Assembly: GCF_000015025.1 (NCBI RefSeq)
Contig: NC_008578.1
Span: 2,190,001 to 2,222,000 of the forward strand
DNA length: 32,000 nt
Direction: 5' to 3'
DNA from: Acidothermus cellulolyticus 11B
Lineage (GTDB): Bacteria > Actinomycetota > Actinomycetes > Acidothermales > Acidothermaceae
In this document: positions 9,425 to 18,608 of the stretch, in pieces
Layout of the letters: each line of letters starts with the position of its first letter
Position numbering within the stretch: position 1 is the first letter of the stretch
The notes under the pieces: generated by a model
The model's input: the letters and a program-made list of their open reading frames with translations, nothing else
What the model was told of the DNA's origin: nothing
The model's database searches: none
Program-made: the position numbers and the translations under genes

Positions 9425-10659
9425 TGTGACTCCACGGCTGGTACGTCGTCCGTCGAAAGAAGCAGCCGGGCCAGCTCTTCGCCGATCGGGATGCTGGACG
9501 TCGCGGCAGGAGACGGCGCATTGCGCACCGCGACCACCTTGCCGACGCGACGCACGATGAAATCATCGACCAGACGACCGGCGGCGTCCATCGCTTGCGC
9601 ACGCACTCCGGCCCGTGCCCGGATCAGATCCCGGGCCGTAATACCGGGCAGATACGCGGCGACGTCGGCAGCAAAACGGCGTCGGCTGACGGCCCGCCAC
9701 ATTTCCGCGCAACCAACCCGCCAATACCTGCGGGCAAACCGGAGGAATCCCGGCCAACCGATCGCATCGAGCACCTCGTCCGGCCGCACGGTCCGGGCGC
9801 GGTATCCCTCACGTGCCATGGCAAGGACGGCGTTCGGCCCGACCAGCAGCTCTCCACCGACCGTCGGCGTAATGTGCACGCCGAGAAAAGGCAGACCCGG
9901 ATCCGGCACCGGGTAAATCAACCCGCGCACGCGAGTGCGCCACTCAGGCGTCAATCGGTAATAGTCGCCTCGGAACGGAACAATCCGTGGCTCCGGTGCA
10001 TCTCCGGCCATGACGGCGAGCCGGTCGCCATACAAGCCGGCGCAAATCAGCACTCGACCCGCAACAACGCGATCCCCGTTTCTCCCGGTGAGAACCACGG
10101 TGTCCTGGCGCTGCTCGATGTGCTGCACGGGAAAAGCCGTCATTATCCGGCCGCCGGCGGCCCGGATGTCGTCGGCAAAACTTCGGGCAATCGCCGGAAA
10201 ATCGGTGATCGCCGTCCGCGGCGAGTGCAACGCGGCTACTCCGCGGGCCGTCGGTTCGATACGCCGCAGCTCATCGGCGTCGATCAGGCGGACGTCAGGG
10301 ACGCCGTTGGCACACGACCGTCGATACAACTCTTCAAGACGCGGAATCTCGGCGTCGCGAAGCGCCACCACGACTTTGCCGCACTCCACGTACGGCAAGT
10401 GACGTTCGGCGGTGTATGCGGCAAGCGCGGCCCGGCCCGCCGTGCAGAACCGCGCCTTCAACGAACCCGGGGCATAGTAGACACCCGCGTGAACGACGCC
10501 GCTGTTGCGGCCGCTCTGGTGGCACGCGAGACGCTCTTCCTTCTCAAGAACCACCAGCGAGAGCGTCGGCTCCCGCTGGAGCACGGCCCGGGCCGCCGCG
10601 AGTCCGACAATCCCGCCGCCGATGACGGCGACGTCCGCCGACGCCTGCGCCGTGCTCAT
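9421..10659 (-). CDS. lhgO: L-2-hydroxyglutarate oxidase/dehydrogenase (FAD-dependent)
   Basis: 412 aa. VAVIGGGIVGLAAA FAD motif. CHQSGRNSGVVHAGVYYAPGSLKARFC, PFRGDYYRL, LIYPVPDPGLPFLGVH, GVRAQA and NAPSPAATSS track E. coli LhgO (YgaF) closely, as I recall that sequence. Confidence 0.88.
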   Translation of the reverse strand: MSTAQASADVAVIGGGIVGLAAARAVLQREPTLSLVVLEKEERLACHQSGRNSGVVHAGVYYAPGSLKARFCTAGRAALAAYTAERHLPYVECGKVVVALRDAEIPRLEELYRRSCANGVPDVRLIDADELRRIEPTARGVAALHSPRTAITDFPAIARSFADDIRAAGGRIMTAFPVQHIEQRQDTVVLTGRNGDRVVAGRVLICAGLYGDRLAVMAGDAPEPRIVPFRGDYYRLTPEWRTRVRGLIYPVPDPGLPFLGVHITPTVGGELLVGPNAVLAMAREGYRARTVRPDEVLDAIGWPGFLRFARRYWRVGCAEMWRAVSRRRFAADVAAYLPGITARDLIRARAGVRAQAMDAAGRLVDDFIVRRVGKVVAVRNAPSPAATSSIPIGEELARLLLSTDDVPAVESQ

Positions 10660-10677
10660 CGCATCACCCGCACCGCC

Positions 10678-11541
10678 TCAGTATGCCCGCCGCGACGTGT
10701 CGTCCGCTGACCACATAGCAGCTCGGCCGCGCCATCGACGCCAGGCGGCCAACGCGCGTGCCGCAATCGTCAGCGTGACGAAGACACCGGCTTGGACGAG
10801 CGAGACACGGCGAGCCAGCACGAGCCGGCGGACGGCGGGCGGTTCGGCGGCCGTACGCGGCCAGCGGATGTCGAGTTCGCGATTCCCGTTCACAATCCGC
10901 GCACGCCGGCGTACCAGAGCGGACACCGTCCGAGGCGCCCGGATGACCGAGCGGCCCGCCGCGACGACGCGTTCCGACGCTGCAAATTGGCGCGCAACAA
11001 AACCGTCATCGCTGAGAACATCCGGCCACTGCGAGATCCGCGCCGCTCCCGCGCGGTTCACCGCGAAAATTCCCGCACCCGACCCATCAGGGGCGGCATG
11101 CTGCCGTGCCGACCAGACGGCGTAATACGCGCGCACCAGCCGGGACGAGCCGGCTGCATCGACCTCGCCGCACACGACGCCGAGCCGCGGCATGTCACCC
11201 GCCACAGCATCCCGCACGTTCCGGAGCGTTGTCACGTCGACGAGCACATCGGCGTCCAGATAAATGCGCACATCCGCACGCTCAACCAGCGGCTCGTCCT
11301 CCGCTTTCCGCAGGGCGGCTATCTTGGACGCCACCGGAATTTCCCGAACCTCGACCGGCCTGCCGGTCTGCTCTCCGGTTGAGCGCGCCGCCTCGGCGGT
11401 GCCGTCCGAGCAACCATTGCACACCACGAGAACCTGGAATTCGCCCGGCGCACTCTGCGGCAGGAAAGCACGCAAGGTCCGCTCGATGACCGCCGCTTCG
11501 TTGTGCGCCGCCATGACAATGGTTGCTGCGGGCTCCGCCAT
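10678..11541 (-). CDS. Family 2 glycosyltransferase
   Basis: 287 aa. N-terminus TIVMAAHNEAAVIERTL...VLVVCNGCSDGT and a downstream DAD motif (YLDADVLV) are typical of GT2. Confidence 0.85.
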   Translation of the reverse strand: MAEPAATIVMAAHNEAAVIERTLRAFLPQSAPGEFQVLVVCNGCSDGTAEAARSTGEQTGRPVEVREIPVASKIAALRKAEDEPLVERADVRIYLDADVLVDVTTLRNVRDAVAGDMPRLGVVCGEVDAAGSSRLVRAYYAVWSARQHAAPDGSGAGIFAVNRAGAARISQWPDVLSDDGFVARQFAASERVVAAGRSVIRAPRTVSALVRRRARIVNGNRELDIRWPRTAAEPPAVRRLVLARRVSLVQAGVFVTLTIAARALAAWRRWRGRAAMWSADDTSRRAY

Positions 11542-11574
11542 GCCGTCCTTTCCGATCAGAGGTCATACTAAGTC

Positions 11575-12429
11575 GTGCACGCACCGATGAATCGCGAAAC
11601 TGTCATGAGCCGGGCCCGGGACGATCCGGAGCCTATTCTTCTCACGATCTTCTCGGCCCTTGGCCGCGAGGCAGAAATTCCACGCCTCCTCACCATGTTC
11701 TCCGAATCCGAACGAGCGCGGTTCTCGCAGCATCACGGCCGCGAGAATGCCGTCGTCACCCGCGCGACACTCCGACAGGTTCTCAGCAGCCTCCTCCGTA
11801 CGGAACCTGGGGGCATCGTGATAGAAAACGACGCGCATGGCAGGCCGCGCGCCGTCGCCAGACGCCGTGTCGAGTTCAGCGTGACACACACCGCGCACGT
11901 CGGCGCAATTATCGCAACGACAGGCAGGCTCGCCCTCGGGATCGACCTGGAATGGCGCGGCCGAGTAAAACCGTGGACAGACGATGCCGTGGCGCGCATG
12001 GCCCGCCGCTGTCTTACCACCGATGAACGGACGGAATTCGACACATTACGGGACGACGAGAAGCGCAACGCTTTTCTCCGTGCCTGGACGAGAAAGGAGG
12101 CGTTCCTCAAAGCCCTCGGCACCGGCCTGACGACGCCGATGCGCCACGTGCATCTCGGTCTTGGCGATATCCCGGACCTTCGGCAATTACCAGCGCCGGC
12201 ACAGGGCTGGGCCTGGCGTTTGCTCGACCTCGACGTCCGGCACACCCCGGCGGCCTGCGAGCCGGCCGGTGACACCGCCGTTCCCCGCGATTTCCTCGGC
12301 GCCATCGCTGTCGGCCTGCCACGCGGACGCACCGGCGGTCTAGCGGAGCCGGAGGCCGATATCACCGTCCGGTTGACCATCGACGCGCCGGGGTTCGAGG
12401 TCTCCGTCACCGATTCGGGTTCCCGCTGA
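11575..12429 (+). CDS. 4'-phosphopantetheinyl transferase (Sfp-type)
   Basis: 284 aa. LGIDLEW (G-x-D Mg site) and WTRKEAFLKALGTG (W/F-x-x-K-E-A-x-x-K signature). GTG start at 11575. A CATACT -10-like hexamer at 11564-11569 would fit a leaderless transcript. ATG codons at 11587 and 11605 are alternative starts. Confidence 0.8.
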   Translation: MHAPMNRETVMSRARDDPEPILLTIFSALGREAEIPRLLTMFSESERARFSQHHGRENAVVTRATLRQVLSSLLRTEPGGIVIENDAHGRPRAVARRRVEFSVTHTAHVGAIIATTGRLALGIDLEWRGRVKPWTDDAVARMARRCLTTDERTEFDTLRDDEKRNAFLRAWTRKEAFLKALGTGLTTPMRHVHLGLGDIPDLRQLPAPAQGWAWRLLDLDVRHTPAACEPAGDTAVPRDFLGAIAVGLPRGRTGGLAEPEADITVRLTIDAPGFEVSVTDSGSR

Positions 12430-12462
12430 CCGGTTCGGGGTCTCCCTCACCACGGTGACGCA

Positions 12463-13053
12463 TTACGGCCGCTGACGACCCCGCCCGTGCACGGCGTTCT
12501 GCGTCGCCGCTAATCCGACGCTGAGCAGGCTTTCGACGACGTCTGCCGCCTCTTCGAGATGTACGCCGAGCTCGGCGCGTTCCGCCGCGGAGAAATCCCG
12601 CAGAACGTACTCCGCGGGATCCAGGTGCGGCGGTGGGCGGCCGATCCCGAACCGGACGCGCAGGTAATCGGCGCCGCGCAGCGCAGCGGTGATCGACCGG
12701 AGACCGTTGTGACCGGCGTCCCCTCCGCCGCGTTTGACCCGCAACACGCCGAAGGGCAGGTCGAGCTCATCGTGGACGACGATCAGCCGCTCCCGTGGAA
12801 TGCGGAAGTAGTGCAGCAGGCCGGCGACCGGGCCGCCGGATTGGTTCATGTACGAAAGCGGCTTGGCGAGCATCGCCGGCTGACCGGCCAGTCGGCCATT
12901 GGCCAGCTGGGTGCGGGTGCGATGCACCGTGAACCGCATTCCGGCCCGCTCGGCGAGCAGGTCGACGACCATGAATCCGACATTGTGCCGATTCTTGGCG
13001 TAGGCCGGTCCCGGGTTGCCCAACCCGACAACGAGCCACGGCTCGTCCGGCAT
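12463..13053 (-). CDS. pth: Peptidyl-tRNA hydrolase
   Basis: 196 aa. [26 protein letters not shown] is the canonical Pth N-terminus. Lies in the conserved position after rplY. Confidence 0.95.
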   Translation of the reverse strand: MPDEPWLVVGLGNPGPAYAKNRHNVGFMVVDLLAERAGMRFTVHRTRTQLANGRLAGQPAMLAKPLSYMNQSGGPVAGLLHYFRIPRERLIVVHDELDLPFGVLRVKRGGGDAGHNGLRSITAALRGADYLRVRFGIGRPPPHLDPAEYVLRDFSAAERAELGVHLEEAADVVESLLSVGLAATQNAVHGRGRQRP

Positions 13054-13068
13054 GTCACATCGCTACGG

Positions 13069-13680
13069 TCAGCCGGCGGCCGCGCCGGCACCGGTTTCGG
13101 TCGCGCCCTCAACCGCCTCGGCCAGTTCGGACGCCGTCAGCGCCGGCAACAGGTGGACGACGACCTCATCCGGCTCCGCCGCGGCGGTCACCCCGTCCGG
13201 CAGACGCACGTCACGCACGTAGATCGAACCGCCGATCTCCAGCCCGTCAAGGGAAACTTCGATTTCCTCCGGGATGCGGGTGGCGTCGGCGCGCACCGGG
13301 AGAGCCACCAGATGCTCCTCGAGAACCCCGCCGGGAGCATGCGTCCCCACGAATCGCAGCGGCACATCGACCTCGACCTGCTCCCCGCGGCGTACCAGCA
13401 GCAAATCGACGTGCTCGAGAAATCCGGTCACGACGTTGCGCTGCACGGCCTTGGGCAGCGCGAGCTCACCGTCGTCCGGACCCTCCAGCCCCTCGAGCCG
13501 GAGCAGAACGTTGGGCGTCTTCAGCGCAAGCATCAACTCATGCCCGGGGAGGCTGATGTGCCGGGGCGGGGTGCCGTGACCGTACAGCACGGCGGGAACT
13601 TTGCCGGCACGGCGCACCCGACGCGCGGCACCCTTGCCGAACTCGGTCCGCGGCTCGGCCTTGATGCGTACCTCGGACAC
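13069..13680 (-). CDS. rplY: 50S ribosomal protein L25 / general stress protein Ctc
   Basis: Track ORF 13069..13782 trimmed to the GTG at 13680, which is preceded by a GAGGAG RBS. VSEVRIKAEPRTEFGKGAARRVRRAGKVPAVLYGHG is the typical L25/Ctc N-terminus, and the C-terminal tail is acidic/Ala-rich. Confidence 0.9.
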   Translation of the reverse strand: MSEVRIKAEPRTEFGKGAARRVRRAGKVPAVLYGHGTPPRHISLPGHELMLALKTPNVLLRLEGLEGPDDGELALPKAVQRNVVTGFLEHVDLLLVRRGEQVEVDVPLRFVGTHAPGGVLEEHLVALPVRADATRIPEEIEVSLDGLEIGGSIYVRDVRLPDGVTAAAEPDEVVVHLLPALTASELAEAVEGATETGAGAAAG

Positions 13681-13928
13681 GGCGTAACACTCCTCGCGGC
13701 TCGTCGGAATCTCAATGAGCGGATCACACCGCCTGCACCTGCAAGGGGCAGCGGTCCGCCAGTTTAGCCGGACGCCCGGCACACCGTGTCACGGCCCCGC
13801 GGGCTGCGAACGTGATCACGCTACCCACCCAGACGCCGACCGTCCCGCAGCCGTCGCTGACCGGCCCGCGTGAGCGGTCCCCTGCCGAACGCTGATCCAA
13901 CCGCATGCACCGACCGCGGTGGCCCAGA

Positions 13929-14906
13929 TCAGCTTGCGCCATTGAAGAGGCTGGTCACCGAGCCGTCCTCGAAGACTTCCTGGATCGCTCGGGCCAGCAT
14001 CGGCGCGATGGTCAGCACCGTGAGTTTGTCGATGCGCCGCTCCGAGGGCACCGGCAGCGTATTGGTCACCACCACTTCGCTGATCGGTGAATTCTTCAAC
14101 CGATCGACGGCGGGACCGGAGAGCACTGCGTGGGTTGCGGTTGCCACCACGTCGGCGGCACCGTTCTCCATCAATGCGTCAGCCGCTTTGGTGATTGTTC
14201 CGGCTGTGTCGATCATGTCATCGACGATGACGCAGATGCGCCCCTCGACCGCGCCGACCACCTCGTGAATTTTCACCTCGTTGGCGACCAGCGGATCGCG
14301 CCGCTTGTGAATGATGGCGAGGGGACAGTTCAGCCGATCGGTCCACCGTTCCGCGACCCGCACCCGCCCGGCGTCCGGTGCGACCACCGTGATACGCGAG
14401 GTGTCCAGCTTGCTCTCGATGTAATCGGCGAGGATCGGCAGTGCGAAGAGATGGTCGACAGGCCCGTCAAAGAAGCCTTGGATCTGCGCGGTGTGGAGGT
14501 CGACGGCCATCAACCGGTCGGCTCCGGCGGCTTTGAAGAGATCCGCCATCAACCGGGCTGAGATCGGCTCGCGACCGCGGTGTTTCTTGTCTTGACGCGC
14601 GTATCCGTAGAACGGGACGACGACCGTGATGCGCTTGGCCGACGCGCGTTTGAGCGCATCGACCATAATCAGCTGCTCCATGATCCACTTGTTGATGGGG
14701 GCGCAGTGGCTTTGGATCACGAACGCGTCACTGCCGCGCACGGACTCGTCGAAGCGGACGAAGATTTCGCCGTTGGCGAATTCATAGGCGGACGTCGGCG
14801 TCGGCTCGATGCCCAGGCACGCGGCCACTTCGGCAGCAAGCTCGGGGTGGGCGCGCCCCGAGAAGAGCATGAGCGTCTTCTGACCCTGCCGCCTGATACC
14901 GGTCAC
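13929..14906 (-). CDS. prs: Ribose-phosphate pyrophosphokinase
   Basis: 325 aa. LMLFSGRAHPELAAEVA, VVPFYGYARQDKK and VIVDDMIDTAGT (PRPP-binding loop). Confidence 0.95.
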   Translation of the reverse strand: MTGIRRQGQKTLMLFSGRAHPELAAEVAACLGIEPTPTSAYEFANGEIFVRFDESVRGSDAFVIQSHCAPINKWIMEQLIMVDALKRASAKRITVVVPFYGYARQDKKHRGREPISARLMADLFKAAGADRLMAVDLHTAQIQGFFDGPVDHLFALPILADYIESKLDTSRITVVAPDAGRVRVAERWTDRLNCPLAIIHKRRDPLVANEVKIHEVVGAVEGRICVIVDDMIDTAGTITKAADALMENGAADVVATATHAVLSGPAVDRLKNSPISEVVVTNTLPVPSERRIDKLTVLTIAPMLARAIQEVFEDGSVTSLFNGAS

Positions 14907-14964
14907 GCCGCCTCGCCTGTCCTGTCTACGTCGAGAGCCTGTACCCGTTCATTGTCACGCAGGG

Positions 14965-16482
14965 CTAGCGCGATGCATCGTCGCCTGCGTCCCGGCCGGA
15001 CGTACCGCCCGCCGCCGGCGGTCCGCCCGCTGCCGAAGCCTGCTTCGCTGCCTCCGCCGCGCGGGTACCCGGCCGCTTCCGGACCACCCATCCTTCGATG
15101 TTCTGTTGCCGGGAGCGGGCGATCGCGAGCGCACCCGGCGGCACATCCTCGACGATCACGGAACCCGCGGCGGTGTACGCCCCGTCGCCGATCGTCACCG
15201 GAGCGACGATCATCGTGTCGCTGCCGATTCGGACGTCGTTCCCGACGACGGAATGATGCTTGGCGACCCCGTCGTAATTCACAAAAACCGTCGCCGCGCC
15301 TACGTTGGTCCGCTCACCGATCGTCGCGTCGCCCACGTACGACAAATGCGGCACCTTCGATTCCGCGCCGACGACAGCGTTCTTCATCTCCACGAATCCG
15401 CCGGCTTTCGCGCCGCGCCCCAGTCGCGTGCCTGGGCGCAAATAGGTGTACGGCCCGACCTCGGCGTCCGGACCGATCTGCGCGTTTTCGCAGGTGGCGT
15501 CCCGAACTCGGGCCCGTTCCCCGACCTCGGTGTCGATCAGATGGCAGTTGGGGCCGATCCGAGCGGACGCCGCAACCCGCGTCGTCCCGGCCAGGATCGT
15601 ATTCGGCCAGATTTCGGCGTCCGGCGCGACATCGACGTCGACGTCGATCCAGGTGGTCGCCGGGTCCATGATGGTCACCCCGGCACGCATCAACGCGGTG
15701 TTTTTCCGATCGCGAAGGAGTGCGGCGGCGACAGCAAGTTGTGCTCGATCGTTGACGCCGAGGATTTCGCGCCAGTCATCGAGGACGGCGGCGGCAATCG
15801 GCTCGCCCTCGGTGCCAAAGATCCGAACGACGTCCGTGAGGTACTCCTCGCCTTGCGCGTTGTCGGTGGTGAGGCGGGCCAGCGCGGCCCGTACTTTTGC
15901 TGCGTCAAAGGCGTAGACGCCAGCGTTGACTTCACGTATCTCCCGGTGCGCCGGATCGGCGTCCCTTTCTTCGACGATGCCCCGGACCCGGCCGGAGTCG
16001 TCGCGCAGGACTCTGCCGTAGCCGGTGGGATCGGGCATTGTCGCGGTAAGGAGCACGCCGGCGACCCCGGTCTGCTCCCGATGCGCAACCATCGCGGCGA
16101 GGGAGCGGGGGGTGAGCAGCGGGGTGTCGGCCGCGGTGACGAGGACCGTGCCGGTGAGGGTGGGACGGCCGGCGGCGCGCCGTTCAGCGTCGAGCGCCTC
16201 AAGGGCCGCCCGGACGGCGTGACCGGTGCCGCGCTGCTCGGTCTGGTAGACCGGCTTCGCGGCAGGGTCGATCTCGGCGAGGTGGGCTTCGACCTCCGCG
16301 CGCCGGTGACCGGTGACGACGACGAGTTCCTCCGGATCGAGGGCTCGGACGGCGGCGAGCACGTGGCCGAGAAGGCTGCGGCCAAGGATCGGGAAGAGCG
16401 CCTTGGGCCGAGTCGAGCGCATCCGGGTGCCTTCACCGGCGGCCAGCACGATCGCCGCGGCCGGGCGGGAGGTTTCGCTCAT
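14965..16482 (-). CDS. glmU: Bifunctional UDP-N-acetylglucosamine pyrophosphorylase / glucosamine-1-phosphate N-acetyltransferase
   Basis: 505 aa. [31 protein letters not shown]-terminal nucleotidyltransferase motif. Hexapeptide-repeat C-terminal half, then a Pro/Ala-rich tail. GGGAGGAG RBS upstream of the ATG at 16482. Confidence 0.95.
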   Translation of the reverse strand: MSETSRPAAAIVLAAGEGTRMRSTRPKALFPILGRSLLGHVLAAVRALDPEELVVVTGHRRAEVEAHLAEIDPAAKPVYQTEQRGTGHAVRAALEALDAERRAAGRPTLTGTVLVTAADTPLLTPRSLAAMVAHREQTGVAGVLLTATMPDPTGYGRVLRDDSGRVRGIVEERDADPAHREIREVNAGVYAFDAAKVRAALARLTTDNAQGEEYLTDVVRIFGTEGEPIAAAVLDDWREILGVNDRAQLAVAAALLRDRKNTALMRAGVTIMDPATTWIDVDVDVAPDAEIWPNTILAGTTRVAASARIGPNCHLIDTEVGERARVRDATCENAQIGPDAEVGPYTYLRPGTRLGRGAKAGGFVEMKNAVVGAESKVPHLSYVGDATIGERTNVGAATVFVNYDGVAKHHSVVGNDVRIGSDTMIVAPVTIGDGAYTAAGSVIVEDVPPGALAIARSRQQNIEGWVVRKRPGTRAAEAAKQASAAGGPPAAGGTSGRDAGDDASR

Positions 16483-16751
16483 CCGCGCCTCACTCCTCCC
16501 GCCTGATTAGCGTTTCCTGGCCTTCGGCCCGGCGGCTTGCGCAGCGGCGGTATCGCAGGGCCGCCGGCGTTGCCGCACGGCTGCGACCCCGGTACCGCCC
16601 GGCCCGGGCGCCCGCGGTCGGGAACACGACCGGCCCTGGCGCACGGTCGAGTCGGGCACACGACCGACCCTGCGCCCGCGTCTGACCACTCAGCCGCCGG
16701 GTCCTGGTCGGTGACACTGTGCCGGGATGTCGCCGCCCGCGCCGCTGCCTG

Positions 16752-16822
16752 CTCCCGGGGGAGGATTCGAACCCCCATTAATGGGACCAAAACCCACTGT
16801 CCTGCCCTTAGACGACCCGGGA
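16752..16822 (-). tRNA. tRNA-Gln (anticodon TTG)
   Basis: Folded by hand as a 71-nt cloverleaf on the minus strand. Acceptor TCCCGGG/CCCGGGA; D arm GTCT-AAGGGCA-GGAC; anticodon arm GTGGG-TTTTGGT-CCCAT (anticodon TTG); T arm GGGGG-TTCGAAT-CCTCC; discriminator G. CCA is not encoded. Confidence 0.9.
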
Positions 16823-17054
16823 AGACGATCGCGGATGTGCCGTGACCGCAGGTAAAACCTACCCGCCCGCGCGCGGCGGCGCAGCATGACCTGCGGACAG
16901 TGGATGCACGGAGAGACTTGCGCGAAGTCCCTGCTCCGGCGCGGCCATTCGGACGCCGGTCACGCCGGAAGCGTTCCTGGCGCGGGTCAGCGCGCCGCCG
17001 GAAGTGTTTCGGACGCCGGTCCCTGGGCGCTGTCGGACCTCGTCGCGGCGATCG

Positions 17055-18095
17055 TCACCCCGCGGCGGGCTGATCGGTTCCGCCCGCGGTCATTTCGTCC
17101 GCGCTCGCTTGACCGCGAACCGATCCGTGCGGAACCACGGCATGCTCAGCCGGAATCGTGCCGAGGATCCCCTTCTGGTAATCCTCGAATGCTTGCAGCA
17201 CTTCGGCTTTCGTGTTCATGACGAACGGTCCGTACATTGCCACCGGCTCGCGAATCGGTTCGCCGCCGAGGACAAGGACGTCAAAGTTCGGACTGCGGCT
17301 CTCTTGCTGTTTGCTGGCCGATACCGTAATGGCGTCCCCAGCGCCGAAGACGGCCAATTGACCGTAGCGCAACGGATGCCGGCCCGCGCCGACGGCGCCG
17401 AAACCGCCGAGGGCGTACACGAGGGCGTTGAAATGCCGCGGCCACGGAATTGTCACCGACGCGCCTGCGGCAAGCGTCACGTGGAGCAAGGCGATCGGTG
17501 TGTGGGTGATTCCCGGGCCTCGAAATCCGTCAACCTCGCCCGCGATGATACGAAGGAGCGCACCGCCGTCCGGCGACGCGACGAGCGACACCGCACTGGC
17601 CCGGATGTCTTGGTAGCGCGGTGGAGCGAATTTCAACCGGCGCGGCAGATTGACCCAGAGCTGAAAACCGTGGAACAGGCCGCCGCTCGCGACCAGGTAT
17701 TCCGGCGGCCGTTCGATATGCAGGATCCCGCGACCGGCTGTCATCCATTGCGTATCACCGTTCGTGATAAGTCCGCCGCCGCCGTTGGAATCGTGGTGCT
17801 CAAAAATGCCGTCAATCATGTATGTGACGGTCTCGAATCCGCGGTGCGGGTGCCACGGCGTACCTTTCGGTTCACCCGGCGCGTATTCGACTTCGCCCAT
17901 CTGGTCCATGTGGACGAAGGGATCAAGCGCGGCGAGGCTCACGCCCGCAAACGCCCGACGGACCGGGAAGCCTTCGCCCTCAAGCCCGGACGGCGCTGTT
18001 GTGATCGAAACCACCGGACGGTCGCGCTCGACCGCCGGATCGACGTGGCGAAGCCGGGGCAGCGCAAGAATGTTGTCAACGGTGACAGCGGGCAT
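17055..18095 (-). CDS. Pirin-family protein (bicupin)
   Basis: Track ORF 17055..18149 trimmed to the ATG at 18095 (MPAVTVDN...), preceded by a GGAGG RBS. PWHPHRGFETVTYMIDG and GDTQWMTAGRGILHIE are the pirin cupin motifs. Confidence 0.9.
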   Translation of the reverse strand: MPAVTVDNILALPRLRHVDPAVERDRPVVSITTAPSGLEGEGFPVRRAFAGVSLAALDPFVHMDQMGEVEYAPGEPKGTPWHPHRGFETVTYMIDGIFEHHDSNGGGGLITNGDTQWMTAGRGILHIERPPEYLVASGGLFHGFQLWVNLPRRLKFAPPRYQDIRASAVSLVASPDGGALLRIIAGEVDGFRGPGITHTPIALLHVTLAAGASVTIPWPRHFNALVYALGGFGAVGAGRHPLRYGQLAVFGAGDAITVSASKQQESRSPNFDVLVLGGEPIREPVAMYGPFVMNTKAEVLQAFEDYQKGILGTIPAEHAVVPHGSVRGQASADEMTAGGTDQPAAG

Positions 18096-18181
18096 GGTGT
18101 CCTCCACGACGAGACTCACTGCCGGGAACGGCGCCGGCGGCCCTTGCATTCCCGATCTCGCATATGGCCGTGCTGATTGAT

Positions 18182-18381
18182 CCCGCCCGCAGCGTCAGCG
18201 ACTCGTCCGCGGCGTCTCGTCCGCAGCCTCAGGGACCGTGACACTAACGCCCAGCGAATCACTCTCACGCACGCCCGCGGGATCGCCGAACGCACCGGCG
18301 ACACCGACGCCGAGCCGGATCACTCCAGGCCGACCGGATCACTCAGGCCGAGCAGCCGGGGCAAGTGCCGGGGCGGCGGAT
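18182..18381. repeat. Left copy of the direct repeat bracketing the CRISPR-Cas cassette
   Basis: 18182-18316 equals 25016-25150 (135 bp) with one mismatch (18199 c versus a). 18345-18381 equals 25161-25197 (37 bp, identical). The segment between the blocks differs: 28 nt here versus 10 nt in the right copy. Here it holds a tandem duplication of an 18-19-nt unit: ggatcactccaggccgacc / ggatcactcaggccgagc. Confidence 0.92.
18345..18381 (-). pseudogene. Orphan duplicated fragment of the last ~12 codons of the DUF885 gene
   Basis: The minus-strand reading ..PPPRHLPRLLGL.. is identical to the true C-terminus of the 25154..26788 gene. Homology stops abruptly at 18381 and there is no upstream gene body. 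Confidence 0.6.
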
Positions 18382-18608
18382 CGGTGGCGCTTGACCTGCC
18401 ATCGCCGCAACGACTGACACAGACTCAACCGGCTGGTTGAGATGCCGCGGGTCCGACATTGAGATGACCCGCCACACGTTCCGTCAAGGCGAGAGATTTG
18501 GATATTACGCAGCCTATGCCGTTACGAGCCGGCCGAATCGTTATCGGCCTCTTCCACTGGCTCCCAAGCGGTATTTCCTGGTCGTTTTGCGCGAAGAAGA
18601 CAGCTCTT

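Noticed and set aside
18391-18420. TTGACC at 18391-18396 as a -35 for a single leader promoter driving the array
   Set aside because: No acceptable TANNNT -10 lies at 16-19 nt spacing (the sequence there is CTGACA). The signal is too weak to report as a feature.
18177-18440. 87-aa ORF with a near-identical twin in 24876..25304 and 24910..25326 (shared ...RPRRLVRSLRDRDTNAQRITLTHARGIAERTGDTDAEP)
   Set aside because: The similarity comes from the DNA duplication. Both ORFs run antisense to or downstream of real genes, one overlaps the tracrRNA and its terminator, and neither has an RBS or a recognisable domain. They were useful only as independent confirmation of the repeat.
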